A stretch of DNA of 64,000 bases from Macrostomum hystrix (taxonomy: Eukaryota; Animalia; Platyhelminthes): the NCBI GenBank assembly GCA_950097015.1, contig CATNEN010000015.1, positions 744,001 to 808,000 on the forward strand, in the 5' to 3' direction. Position numbers and translations under genes: made by a program. Position 1 is the stretch's first letter; every line of letters begins with the position of its first letter. This document shows, piece by piece, positions 46,801-61,800 of the stretch. Under the pieces are notes generated by a model that was not told where the DNA came from, made no database searches, and saw only the letters and a program-made list of their open reading frames with translations.

Positions 46801-49800
46801 CTCTCAAGAGGCTAAACATACCTCCTGGAGTTTTCCGACCCGAGAACTGCACGGTAGTGACGTCATCACCAGTGTCAAGGAGGAACTGCCCCCACTTCAC
46901 AGTGCCGCCCCAGCTGCCAGAGGGTGCAAAGTGCAGAATCAGCGACGACTGTCTCGAGATGGACTGCTGTGTTGACCTGCAGCTGCTGTCCTTCAAGAAG
47001 CAGTTCCACGTCTGGCTTGCCATCGACCCGTGCAGTCTGAGGTTCGAGACGGGATTCGAAAACTGGAGGTTCAACATCAGTCTGCTCAATCACATTGGTG
47101 CGCTGTGCTTGTTTTCTCTTGTGTCAGTCCTCTTAGCAAAAAGTACAAAGTGCGAATCCCGTGCATTTCAGGTCGCAGGTACGTTGAGAAGATCGGCAAC
47201 TCGCTGTCAGTGAATTTTGAGTACGGTCGAGCATCAGACGGCCAACTGCTGGCTACACTGTCCGTAGAGTTCTGCTATGACTTCCAATGCACATTCGACA
47301 TCAAACTGCTGGACGGGGCGGTCATTCCCATACCAGCCTGCGGGGGCTCCGGACTCGTGTGGCCTGAATGTGAGTTGCCTGCGCATTGTGAATGAGAGAA
47401 ACTGAGAAGTTTAAGAGCCATTGAACTCAAATTTCAGTGGACTCGGCAGGACACGCAAAGTCGGTTGAAGAGGCCACGAAAGGCCTCATTGCGAATCGGC
47501 TGAAGGTGTCTCCGAACTTCCTGGCGGATCGGCAGTGCAGCGTGGACGAGATTCGACGCCGGAACGTCACGTGCTCGCACGCGAATGTGCCCGCTCTGCC
47601 CGACTTCACCACGTGCGGCCTGGCTCCCGGCTGTCTCGGTGTTGAATGCTGCCAGCTGGTAGACTACAAGCTGGTCAACAGAAGCTTCTCCACGTGGATT
47701 CAGTTCGATCCGTGCACCTACACCTACTCAGTAGGCTTTGAGAAGTGGTACCTCAACGGCACTTTGATGGACTTCACTGGCTGGAATGAAGAGCAGGAGC
47801 AAAAGATTGGCGACCGCCTGATCCTTCGCTTCAAGGTGGCCAGGGGACCGCACCTGCAAAGCTTCATCGTCAGCATGTCTCTGGAGTACTGCGACGGAAG
47901 CGAGTGCAGTAGAGTGGCGAACATCCTCGATGACCAGACCTTCCCAGTGCCGGTGTGCTTAGATGGCTCTCGACTCGACTGGACGAATGTCGATCGCGGA
48001 CTGAGCGGAATCCTGGCTACTCAGCTGGGCATGGACATCCGGCTGCTGAGAGAGAGGGAGTGTCAGAGGTCCGATCTTGGCCAGGCCTCGGTCCAGTGCC
48101 CGCACGTCACTGTGCCAGACACCCGGGAGGTCTACTGCTCAGCTGTGGGCATTTGCACGGGACTGGATTGCTGCTCGCTCGTCAACCTGAAAGTGGCTGA
48201 GGCGGCCTTCAAGACGTCAATCGACGTTAATCCGTGCACCTACGAGCTTGGACTCACCTTTGAGAAGTGGTCGTTCAATCGATCTCTGCTTGGATTTGTG
48301 TGGGGCAGAAAGACTGAGCACCCGATTGGCGAAAATGTAAAGCTGGCCTACACTCTGACTCTGGCGAATGAGATGAAGGACATTGTTTTCAACCTTGAGC
48401 TTTTGGTGTGCCCGCTCAAGACCGCCTGCTACAGTGTGCCGGTTTTGGCAGATCTACACCTGTCAATTACGGCCTGCTTTAACGGAACATTGATTTGGCC
48501 TGGAGGTATTTTGGACTTGATTGCTTGCCAATTCTTTGCCTTTTGAAGCACTCAGCTGCATCCCTACCGACGCATTTCAGTGCCCTCCCCGAACCAAATC
48601 GACACGGTGAGCGGCCTGATTGTTACCCGGCTGAAGCTGGAACCTGCGACTCTCAGGGACAGCCAGTGCTACAACTCCTCCCTCACGATCCCAGACAAGA
48701 CCCAGTGTCCGTTCCAAGACAAGGTGGACGTGCAGGCCGCGGATCCCAGGTCCGTGTGCGTCTTGCACTCAAGCTGCGTCGGAGTTGTCTGCTGCCAGAA
48801 CACGGATCTCATGGTGGTGTCGCGAGCATTCCATGTCAGCGTCTTCGTAGATGTCTGTCAGTTTGAGTTCTCCATCACATTCGAGAAATGGCATGTCACC
48901 GCTTCGTTCTTAACGCTCGAGTTCGGTAAGAGCTTGGCAAGATGACTGGCTAAAAAGGCCTGTATGTATTTTAGGTCACTGTTTGAGAACTTTTCCCACA
49001 TCATGCGAGTCTCTTCCACCCGCCATCCCTCTCAGACACTCGGCACGAGGTGGCAGTATCCCCGTCTCTGAAGCTGTTCTACGAGGTGAATAGCCACTTC
49101 TCAGGCAGCGGTGCCCTGATCTCAGCCGGCTACATCCTGTGTCTGGAGGAAGGCGAAGCGTGCCAAGCGCCGATAGACATCCTGCGACCCACCTTCTTCT
49201 ACCTGCCCATCTGTGACGGCGGCCGACTACTCTGGCCACCGGTGGACAAGCCCGAGGACCTGAAAAATGTTCCGAGCACTCTGATTCTGAACCGGCTCGG
49301 GCTGCAGTTCGAAAACATGTACGCGCAGCAGTGCGAAGTTGATTACATGCAAAAGTCCATCTGGGAGTCCTGGTGCAGAGAACACAACCGCAATGAAACG
49401 GACACAGATCAGCTGCGATGCACGCCAACCAAGTCCTGCACCGGCATGGAATGCTGCTACACGATCGATCTCAAAGTTACCCAGCACAGCTTCAAGCTGT
49501 GGCTGTTCGTTGAGCCTTGCACCTTACAGCTGTCAGTGGGCTTCGAGAGATGGTCCATGAACAAGACACTGCTGGGCCACAACTTTGAAACCAAACACAT
49601 TGAGCGAATTGGCAGGGCAGTTCAGTTGGAGTACCAGTTGCAGCTTGCCCCCGACTATAAAGAGTTCGTGCTGTCCATGGACCTGCTTCTCGGTGTTGGA
49701 GACAACATCATCAGGTACACCATACTTGACACCTTTTGGATGAAGATTCCGCTGTGTGCCGCCTCAAGCGACATTGGCTTCATGTGGCCTGATGAGGAAA

Positions 49801-52800
49801 TCTACGTGAGCAACGGGACCTACTCCCGAGCAAACAGCCTGCTGCTGAACCGCATGGGCCTGACTGAGGCTGAGAACGCCACGGTGCTCACCATGCTGTA
49901 CAGCTACCCCTGCGACTTCAGCCTCATCCCGCAGCACAGCTGCCCGCACCTCACGATGCCTCTAATGTCCCCGGGAGTCCAGTGCCAGTTCACAGAAGGC
50001 TGCGTTGGCGTGAGCTGCTGCATGCCTGTCAACCTGACTGTGGGAACCTGGTCATTTCGCTCCGAGCTGGCTATTGAGCCATGCTCGATGACCTTCAACT
50101 ATCAATTCGAGCGGCAAGTCATTTCCAAGGAACTGGTTGAGAGGGATCTCTGGTACGAGCAAAGGACTTTCCGATTCGGCCCGTGGATGTCAGCATCCTA
50201 CAGGATGACCCGGACTGCGGACAACAAGCACGTGGTGCTGAACCTCACAGCCACATTGTGCACGGACCAGTCCACTGTGCTGGGTGGCTGCGAGATGGAA
50301 GCCGACATTCTCAAGGACATGAGCTTCGAGTTTCCCGTGTGCCTGTCCAACGGAACCTACCTGTACCCGTCGCAGGCAGATGTGGAGAGCGGCTTGATCA
50401 TCAACCGATTGAAGGTGTCCCCGGACCTCCTGCGCTCCACAAAGTGCGCCATTGATGAGTACCCACTCAGAGAGTACTATAACGAAACTGTAATAGTTGA
50501 GGTGGAGGTTCCGTGCAACAACTCGCTGATCAACTCAACTTTGACGACCGTCAGTCCGAATGTAACTTGCTACGAGAATCAAACAAGTATTGTTGAGCGA
50601 GTAATTCTGATCCCGGCTCCTTACTGCCCGCACTTTAACGACAGCGTCCTGTGGAGAAGCCGAGGTGCCAGCTGCTCCTTTAATCTAGACTGCCTAGGGC
50701 TCAAATGCTGTATTGAGATAGACCTCGATGTAGCCATGCGAGATTTTTACTTCACCTTCGACTTGGATCCATGCAATGATACGCTACAAGTTGGATTTGA
50801 AAACTTTTTACTGAACACTTCGCTATCAACCTTTCATTTTGGCACAACATTAAATATTCATGTTACGGAAAGAATTTCTGTGGATCTGTACATGAGCGCC
50901 ATAACCGCCACGTCACCAACCATCGTGCCAGGCTTGTGGGAGCCAATCATTGGCGATCGTATCGTGGCCTATCAGGTGGATCTCAACTTTTATTTCACGC
51001 TGCCAGGGTCAGAGAACGCAAATCAGCTGGAGTATCCCATAGTGAACATGACCCTGGTTCCTGTTCCAGCCGCATGCCAGAAGGAGTTTAGGGGCAACTG
51101 GACAAGTCCTGACCTGGATGACTCAAGCATCAAGGTCGAGAGCTTGAACTATGATCAGCAATACCCGTATGTATCTGAGCTTCACAGCAGGTCTAAGAGA
51201 AGTCAACACATGGAATCGCTTCAGGCACAGAGCTTCAACACTGGTGTAAACGACCAAATGGATCCACTTACCGAAATGCTGAGGGACGTGAGCAGTCAGT
51301 CCGATCTCCTTCAGCAGTGGTCAGGACAGGACTTTGAGGCCGTAAATCAGCAGATGCAGAAAGCTTTAAAGCGCAAGGCAGAAGGCATGGGCATCAGCAT
51401 GCCTTCCCTTGAAGATGATACACGAGTTCAGCAAGACCAGAGCGGCAAAAATGATGGGTCGATTCGAAATGCCCCCATTTTGCGCATGAACCCACACCGA
51501 TTCTCTGTGCAACTCCGAAGGCTAGACTTTGAGGAGCACTTTAAGAAAGGGGTCGAGCACATCCGAGCTGTGCTTCTTAAGGCGTCTTCAAATGCTGGAA
51601 ATGCTCTGCAAGGAGGCATGTACGTACCAGGTCAAGGATTTTCAAAGCAAGGACTAGCTGATGTAGCTTACATCATTGGAAACATGTCTGTATTCGACCT
51701 CGCAGCTCTCATAAACACAAAGAATGTCGATCCTCTTGAAGTTTACTTGTTAGTGAAAGACTTCTCTCAGGTTGTCACAAATATGGTAAGGCCAGTGTTG
51801 CTTTTCGTGTGCTAATCCCCTGCTATTGTTAAATGCGACGTACTTAAGTTAAAGAAATCCACGGAAAATGCTCGCATTTTAGATCGAAGAGCTCTTTGAT
51901 AACGTAGTGTCCGGCGGATTTAACAGCGAACTGTTCAAGTCTTTTGACATCACGCTACGGGGCACCTTTACTTTATACGATATACATCTGACGTTTTTCG
52001 ATCATACCTGGCACTTCCTAGTAGGTGGTTTTGTGCCTATAGCCTTTCGGTTCAGCGCTGGCGGCTACTTTTCACTTAAAATTCAATTGGAACTGAAGAT
52101 CCTGTCTATGAAAGCGGCAGCAACTGCAATTCCAAAGATTGGAATGAAGGTACGAGTGTATGGCTTGCTTGTAAACAGGGTGGCAGATCGGGTTGACGCG
52201 TTCACCTTCATGCACCAACGAGCTCGATTCCGTGGCGAGGCCACATTTATTTGGGGCGCAGCTGAGATGAGAATGGCGATGAGAAAGTCAGGGCAGATGC
52301 ACACATCTGTGTGAATTTAAGCCTGCTTAGAGTATTTGTATGCGTGCGCTCAGAAGTCAGCAGTAACCAAATGTTGTGGCGTTGCTCGAGGCCCTCATGC
52401 TGTCGACAAAACTGAGAGTGAGACTCAATTGTCTCGCTGGCCTGCAGGTAGCCTATGGAGAGTAGCGAAGTCAAGTGAAATGTGAGAGGGCGTTGTACCC
52501 TTGGCTATATATTTTAACATAGTTAAGTTTGACAGGCTGCAGGGGGTTGACGGTACGATAACAAAAGAGTGCGCAACTGAGGGTAGGAGAGGAGTCTAGA
52601 ATGTGAGTGGCGGACCAATCAGAAAGGAGGAAAGAAGAGATAACGAGAGATTAAACTGAACGATGTAAACAAGAAAAGTGCAGAGAATGAAAGAGTGAAT
52701 AGAGGACAGAAGGTAGAGACCAAAGTCGCGACACATGCAAAATATATGACTTAACCAAACGATCTGATATCCATTACTTATTTCCCTAAATGTTCTGAAC

Positions 52801-55800
52801 TTTTCTTCAGGCGGTTGGAGGGGTCTACGTGTGCTTTTTTCTGTGCGGTGGAGCGCAGCTGACTGGGTACATCATGGACACGCGCTTTCCAACGCGGGCC
52901 GAGATCGGGTTCAGCAAGTTTCCGCTAGATGTGGGCCTCATTCTCGATGTCGAACTGGTGCCACTCAGACTGCAGCTTGATGCTATCGTGAAGCTGGATC
53001 TAGACTTTAAATTTTTCAGAATCCGGTATGCAATTATAGCGATTTCTTAACATCTGTCACATCTTAATGTAATCTAATTTATCATCACTATCTTAAAGCG
53101 ATGCGGAAAAAAATATAACAGAGGTAATTATTTTCAGAAAAACACTTTTTAAAGCCGCCATCTGGAAGTACGCCGCGCCGAAGATTTCGCAGAACGTACT
53201 GAACGTTCGCAGCGGTAAAAGGGATGACACGCCGCCTCGGATCACGGAGATGGAGTCATCGCCGGACAACGCCTTCGCAGTTGCCAAGGAAACAAGGCAC
53301 TGCCGAGTGGCGCAGCTCAGAGGCAGGGACGTCATGGATCCAGCCTTCTTGCTGGAGATTCAGGCGGAAGACGATGTCAGCCTGCTTTCTATGACCTACA
53401 GTATTGGAACAGCTAAGGGCCTTGCCGATGTGGTTAGTGGCGAGGAGTTTAAAGGACCATCTGCCATAATTTCCAGGGTAAGATCTCTTCTGACGGATAG
53501 CTTTGCTTTAAACGGATATTCACCCAAATATCGCCGCCTTCAAAATCGCTGCTGTTCACTGCAGGTACTTCCTCACAGCATTCCACTGTACTTCACGGTG
53601 AAAGTCTCTAACAACCAAGGAGATGCGGTTCACGCGACGTGCGACCTGCCAACGTACGACGTTACACTACCTAGAGGTCGGGTTCAGGAAGACTTCCAGA
53701 GCAGCAGCAATCCGAGGATTCTTTCTGCTTTCGTTGTAGCCAGTGATGATTCGCCCATCATTGAGACCAGCATTGCAGTTGGTCTTGGTGTTGACGTTGG
53801 TGGTGAAAGCCACTCGCTGTGGAAAAGGCTTGACTTAAGCAAGGATGACCATATTAATGGTAAGTAGCGATTCAGTAAATATTGTCCGAATTATCGTTTC
53901 TTTGCGAGCCAAATATGTCGCCACTAACAAAATGAAATGTTCCGAAATTTCAGATGGCTATCACCTGAACCATTTCTCCGCTCCAAAACACGGCCGCCTA
54001 GCTAGCGGAGTTTTCGTAACGAAAACAAACATCCTCGTTGCTTTCCTTTGCGCCGAAGATTGTCTAAAGCTAGGAGACAAATGCAGAGCATTTAACTATC
54101 ATTGTAAGCATTGCGATGTTTCCTTTAATTTTCCTTGAGTCCGTGTTTTGGTGTGGGTATGTGTTTCAAATAGGTAATGCTTAGCAAAAAAATTATAACA
54201 TCAATTTTAGCGGTAAGCAAGGTCTGCGAAATGACGCATGACATTCTCGGCCATCGTCTCAGCCTGTCTGACAGCAACAGCTTTGCCTACTACGAGCGAA
54301 AGTCGGTGGGCCACTCGGTCAATTTCTTCCAAGACAGTTTTAGTCTGCGGCATAATAATATTCACTTTGTGAATCTTTTCGTCAGAAATGCACTGGGCTA
54401 CACTTCCATTTTATCATCACAGCCAATATTAACAGACTTTGACCCACCACACCCCGGCTACGTTTCTAACACATCAGTTATTGAAACAGTTTACACTACT
54501 TGTCGAGAAAAAATCATAAGAAAATGGTGGGACAGGTGTGGGCCTGTGAAGCCGCAAGATGCCAACAATGTGGTTCGAACAGAGTTTGAAACTGAGCTGA
54601 GAAATCACCGCAAAATTATCGACGGCCGAGGCTCGCGAACTTTGTTCAACGGACACGACCGCATGGTCGATGTCAGGTGGACTCGCGCCAATGAGTTCAT
54701 GTCCGCCAACTGGGACGGCCTGCACGACAATGAGACTTCAATTTTCGGCATCACCTGGGCAGCGGGCACGGCCATCTGCGCAACCGACGTCAGCCTCGGC
54801 TTCGGAGATCCGCACGCCCACCTCGGCCACGAGTCCCAGTGGACTCACGTCGGCAGCATCCATCCTATTCCCAATCCGATTTACAAGGAGAGCGGCCTAC
54901 CGGATGGCAAGTACTACTCAACAGTGCGGGCTACTAACAAAGTGGAATTCGGCGGACCCATGACGCTGACTCTGTGCCACTGGAGGCCCATTGTAGTTGA
55001 CAATTCGCCACCACTGGTGCACCATCTGACGGAAATCAAGTTTGAAGACGAGACTCTAAAACTAACCGGCTTGTACAACTTTTCGTAAGCACTCGTATTA
55101 TTTTATAAACTTAAATTTTTAGTATTCTATCAGAATACAAAGACAAGTCACTCAAAGCTGTAAATAAAATATAAAGGGCTCGTACTGCGAGAGTTCAGCA
55201 TCTTAGTTCTTACAATTGATGCAAAAATTTTTCTATTATTTTACTCGTAGAGATACTACGGGGTTTTAAGTTTACTACGATGTAAAGTACGAGCTTATCG
55301 TGCAAAAATTCTAAACCTCGCTTTTAGCGATCCACAGTCCGGAATCAAGGAGTTCGACATCGGCCTGGGACGCACGAAGTTCGACACGATGGTCTTAGCC
55401 TTCCGGCGGATGCCTTTCATAGGAACGCCAGATTTTGAGGAGGACGTGCTCGAGTTTTCAAGCTCCTTTGCAATGACACACAGGCTACCTGACGGTGTTC
55501 CAGTCTGGGTTATCCTAAGGGCCGAGAACAGCGTGAACCTCAGCTCGGTGCAGCACGCGGACCGGCCGATCCTGATCGATCTGACACCGCCGATCGCAGG
55601 TTATGTCCTGGATGGAAGCGAATTCAAACACGACGCGGAGTTCGTTGGAAAGCCGGATCGCATGTGCGTTAACTGGTTCGACTTCAGAGACGATGAGTCG
55701 GGCATCGCATTCTATCACTGGCAGCTCTTCAAGGAGGCAGAGGAGATTTACCGTATCGAGTTCGTCGACAGCCACAAGCAGGTCCTTTGCATGGAGTCCA

Positions 55801-58800
55801 GCCTGGCCGGCGGTCAGGAGCTGCAGCACAATGTGCGCTATCACAGCGTCATCACTGCCGTGCACTACGGCCACAGGGAGCTGGCAGTGAATGCTTCCAG
55901 CAGCGGCATTCTCTGCGATCTCACCTTCCCTGTTGTGGGTGACATTGTGGACGGTCTGGCTGCGGACTTCACTGATCTTGTGTACTCATCGAATGCTGCG
56001 TCAGTGAGCGCTCAGTGGCGAGGCTTTTCAGACCCAGAATCGGACATTCAAGATTTTGCAGTGATTGTTCAAAAGTTTATTCCTGGTCTTGGTGAGTGGA
56101 CTGCGGCAAGGACAGGAAAACAACTTTCAAGAAATGCGAGCAGCATTCAGTGGAACCACTTCCATTTTATGCACAAGGACTTCATCAGAGTTCAGATTAA
56201 GGTGACTAATAAAGCAGGCAACTCAAACATAACTGCAACATCTGGAGTCCTTATCGATTTAACTAAGCCAGTTGTAAACAGACTTTATGACGGGCTGGAC
56301 ATTACGAAAGACATTGACTTTCAATCATCCATGGATACTATTTCGGCAAACTGGGACTACAGCGATCCGGAGTCTGATGTCACGCACTACCGCTATCAAA
56401 TATTTGAGCTATCGCAAGGCACGAAGCACCAAATCTACCCAGGTAAGTTATGAATTACGTATATAGAGATATAAAATAGTCGGAATTCTGATCACTATAA
56501 ACTTTCTAATTCACTCTCGACATCTCTACTTCAGTCAAGGAACACGACTGGAGCGAGAAACTTCCACCCAACACCACGCATATCGAGCATCGCAATCTAA
56601 AGCTAAAGTTAGGAGGTCGCTACTTTGTAAAAGTTCTTGGGCAGAACGGAGCATTGCTGAGGCAGGCGCAAGAAACCAGCGGACTAGTCGTTGATAACAC
56701 TCCACCGGCAATGTACTTTGTGAAGGTTGACGTCTCGCCTGGAGAGATGGAACAAGCACAGGGCGGGTACGTGCGACAAGCTGACAGAACTGGAATCAAG
56801 GGCTGGTGGCATGCTGAGGATCCAGAGTCCAACATTTACGAGTATTTCGTGGCCGTTGGAGACCAACCTGGTAGGCTAATTTCAATAAATAAACATCTAT
56901 AAAATGTTGTTTTAAATAATTGTATTCTATTGCATCTGATAATCCAAAAATACTCCAGGCTCATCAAACTTGCTGAACTGGACGTCAGTATCTCGACTGA
57001 ACTCCAAAAGACTGTCTCTTGATGAAGAACTGAATGTGACTGACCCAAAAACTAAACTGCCAGTCTATTATGTCAGTGTATTTGCCATCAACGGAGCCGG
57101 TTTGATCAGCGCAACTGCAACATCAACACCTATCATGATAGTTGGCCAGGACGCTCCTGGGTATCTTATGGACGGTGACCAGCCCAGAGTGAACGGCCGC
57201 TATCAGTCTAGCTCTCGCTCGCTAACCTGTCAGTTCGATGGTTTCCACAGTCCACTGTACGGAATCAACCACTATGAGTGGGCGATCGGGTCCAGGCCAA
57301 TGTCCGAGAATGTGCAGCGCTACACTCGCGTTGGCATTGTACTGCATGATGACGTAGACGACTTTGTCAACTCTGACGATGCGGAGCATGAGGGACTTCC
57401 GTCTTCAGGCCATGCCCAGATGCCCATCCGCCTGGAACATGGCAAGGCGTACTTTTGCACGGTTCGTGGCGTGACCAACGCTGGCTACATTCTCGAGGCC
57501 TCTTCTGACGGCATCATCGTGGATCGGACTCCACCGTTCGTTCGAATCACGGACCTGGGTCTTCCTGATGGGTCCATGCCGCTGACACAGTCATCGATCT
57601 ACTCAGAGACGGTGGACTCGCTCACTGCTCAGTTCGAGTTCAGTGATCTCGAGAGTGAAGTGACCTTCGCCTCCGTGATGTACGGCGAGCATCCGCTTGG
57701 AGACTCGCTGTTCAGACGCGACGGAATCGATCTAGGAGCCAAGGACAGGTCAGGTGTGACTGCGGATGATCGGGTTCATCCACAGTCGGATGGACTGCCC
57801 AACATTTTTACTGCCATCGTTGTCAATGCGCTTGGTCAGAAGAACATCACCTCCTCAGCGCCTGTGGTCTTCGACTCAACCCCGCCAACTGAAGGTACTC
57901 TGAGGTGCCCAAAGTTCACCAAGGTACACACTGGATGGTTTCAATCTGCTTGTCACTGGTTTGATTTAAGAAGTTTATAATTATTGATGACTTTCCCTCG
58001 CATTCTAGTCGTTTAGTCCACTCTCCTGCCATTGGGAGGGCGTCCAAGACCCGCAAAGCGAAATCGACTACTACTCAGTGATGATTGGCGAGGCTGAAGG
58101 ACGGGCCGAGATCCTTCTTGGCAAGAATGTCAGCGGAGATGCGACTTCATTCACTGTTCACCGTGAGTGGAGGATATTAATAAGAAGGCTATTGAAACTT
58201 GTCTCACATACTACTCTTACAGTCAGAGCTCAGATCAAGCAAAATGTAAACACAAATTTCTCCCTGCAGCGAGTGACTTTTCGGCCGCAATGGTGCACAA
58301 CAAGGACTATTACGTGACCTTGACAGCGTTCAACAAAGTGAAGTACTCCACAAAGATCTACTCTAGCGCCATCATTATTGACGACACACCGCCTGAGCAC
58401 TCGGTTATAGTTGAGCTGTCCGACAGAGTCCAGCTGCTCAACGGTTCCATCCAGGCTGACAACCAAAAATGCGTCGATGCGGAAAGTTGTCTCAAACTCG
58501 ACGTCACTTGCCATCTTGGTCTCGACACATTGGCAGTCAGTTGGGTACCGTTCCGGGATCCAGAGAGTGGAATCTCACGGTTCGATTTTTGATGAAGCTA
58601 TGATATTTTTATCAGTAAATTTTATGTTCTTTTCTCATATACACATATGGTTGTCAATATAAAACTCCTGCAGATACGAAATTGGACTTGGAACCACACC
58701 TGGCGCGACGCAAGTGATGGATTTCGCAACAACACCCGCTGATTCATATACTTATGTTTTTACTGGAATTCCATTGGCAAACTATCGCAGACTCTTTGTA

Positions 58801-61800
58801 GTGCTCAAAGGGTTCAACGGTGCAGAGCACTTCTCTACTGTTATCTCCAGTGGTGTGTACATCTCCCGAGTCGGGTCTGACTTAGGCTTCCACAGCCCCA
58901 TAACGGTTAGCGATGGCGATCACGTTGGCAAGGACATGTAAGAGACGTATGTGCTATTTTTCACTTTTCTGGATGCCTTAACACCATCCTATTTGCCAAA
59001 ACTTCAGCGACTTCCAAACGAATGTGGAACAGCTCACTGCCTGGTGGGACTTCAGCGGCGAACCTTGCCCTGTTGTTGATTACAGACTCTACTTTGAGCG
59101 TCTTGATGGTCTAGTTGTCCAGAACTTTACTAGTGTTGGAGGTAAGAGTTCTTAGAGATATGCAAGCCTTATTCCGTTGTGAGACGCTGACTCACCTTAC
59201 GTTGCTTCTGACGCCTCGATTTCAGAGCGCACAAGCGGAAGTCACATCGGACTTAACCTGCAGAACGGAGAGACCTACTTCGCAATTGTCAGTGGCACTA
59301 CAGCACTCGGGCACGTCATCACTGTTCGATCATCAGGAGTGGTGATTCGCCTTGAGCCAATCATCCCTGGCCACGTCTTCGACGGCTCGGTCACGGGCAT
59401 TGACCTGCACAAGCAAAAGTCCCACACGCAGCTGTCTTCCAACTGGATGGGCTTCGGAAACGACACGGTCCTCATCAAACCCAACGGAGGCGGCTCGAGC
59501 TCGGTGGACAAGCTGGGCGAACGACAGGTGATTGACTACTACGAAGTGGCCTTTGGAACTGACCGACGCTACCCCAAGACCAGAGACAACGTGCTGCCGT
59601 TTGTGAATGTGGGTCGGAACAAAACGTTCACGGCGTACAACCTCGATCTCGTCCCAATCAAGGGGATCTACTATGCCACGGTTCGCGCCTATTCAAAAGG
59701 ATTCGCCTCAACGGAGGTCACGTCTTCGGGCATCCGAGTGGGCTATGACTCGACAGTTTTCAGTAAGCAACGTAGGAAAGTATATTTTTAGATTTTGGTT
59801 TACCAATTGAAATCCGGCAACTGTTTCAGGAGCGGATATCAACGTGCCGCGCTTCGTGAGCACCGAAAACGCAGCCGAGCACTCAGAGACCAGCTCAGGC
59901 TTGTTCCACCTGAGATATTCTTGGGGCAGGTTCAAGTCAGCATTGAATGAGAAGCAGGAGCTGGAGATAGTGTCCTATTTCACAGGAATATCCAGCATGC
60001 CGATTCCGGGAGACACCGACTGCCACAAAATAGTAAGAAGAGAGAATAAAGTTCTGCATTCCAAATCACCCTGGGCAGGACAAAACTAATCAATGGCTGC
60101 ACTTTTCAGCTAACACATCGGGATAAGATCGGCTATGTGTTCAACTTCACATTCGACGTTCAGTCGCTGATCTCAGTGAGCACTGACACCATGGTGAGGC
60201 TGACTGACCTCGAGCTCAAGCAGGCCGAAACTTTGTACATAATCGTCATCGGACTTGACGAAGCGGGCGAGTGCAACGCCTCGGTTTCCAGCTTCTTCTT
60301 TGACAACAACCCTCCCACAAAGGGTGAAATCACAGCGGGGCCGTTCTACAACATGGTGAGCCCTTGCCTTTGTAATTCTTCATTAAACGAGTTTTGAATG
60401 CAGTTAGACTTTTCATAACCAAAACACGCCAACGCGTCTTAGAAACTGACGTTCTCTGTGGAGGCTGGTGCCCTGCACGTGAAGTGGCGAGGCTACGAGG
60501 ATGCGGACTCCGGACTGTCGCACGTCAAGCTTCAGTTGTGGCGCGCTGCAGGCTGCGCTGCCGCCGATTTGGTGAACCTGACAGCGGTGCTAGACATCAC
60601 GGGCCTGGAGGCCTCGGTCAAAATTAACGATACCGTGGCAATTACCGAGCTGACATTCAGAGACCTGGATCTCGAGCCGGGAGTGCCCTACATTGTGACA
60701 ATTGAAGCCGAAAACCGAGCCGAACTGAAAACCAGAGACCAGACAAGCCCGATACTTCTGGACACGTCCCTACCCAAATCGGGCTCCGTGGTTGATGGAT
60801 CCAACTTCACAGAAGACGCAAGCTACTCGGGCAGGTCAGACTCCCTGACGGCCACGCTGCTCCATTTCCCAAAAGCTTCAGCTGATCCCTGTCCGCTGAG
60901 GAGTCCCAACCGCATCGAGTGGCAGACACTGAACACAGCCGGTCTGTGGAACATGGACGAGTGGTGGAGCTTGCGGTTCCGCCACGATCTGGCGTCTCCC
61001 ATCGGACAAGGCGGCGCTGACTGGGACCTGCACCTGGAGCGAGACCTGACATCGGCCAGGGTGCTTTCCAGCGCGATTCAGGCGGATTCTCATCTGGGCA
61101 TTGGTGCTTCGTACAGCTTCAGAGCGCGTGTAGCGAACTCAAGTCACGTGGTCACCAGTCTAGTGCTTTGGGACGGTCCCGCCGGGGTGGTGGGCGACAT
61201 CGATTATGTTCCAGAGGAGGACTGGTCCCAGTACACATGCAGCTGCTGCGTCTTCCCGGATCCCGTGGCGTATCCCAACTGCAGCGACATGTGCGAGGGT
61301 TGCACACCTGAGTTTCTGGACTACCTGAGAGTCAACATGAGTCGAGACCTCAGCCGACCGCCCCCAACTCCTAGACCAACGCGAATTCCTGGGTCGAAAG
61401 TGATTGAGAACGTTCTGCCTCTACCAGACGATACACTCCGCGGTGATTTTGACAACATCAACCAAGTGCACTCAGCGTGTGGGCTGCAGATCCTATACGA
61501 GCCAGCTGACCAGCCAGCCATTGTGTTGTGGTGCACACACGCCAACAAATCGTTTCCTAGCGTTAGTGATCTAGTATCCCTGAACTTCGATCCGAGTGAG
61601 GATCTGCACAACTACACGCTGCATATGTTCAGCGTGGCTCAAGACTCCGGGCACAGAGAATGGAGCGCTCGAGTAGAGGTTGATGGTGCCGTGGTGAGCG
61701 TTGTTTCGGGCCTTCCGAGCATGCCTCGAGCCCGACTCAGCCTGTTCGCTCACACCAAGGCCAACTTTGTTCCACCTCTAGACACAGAAAATGTGCTCGA

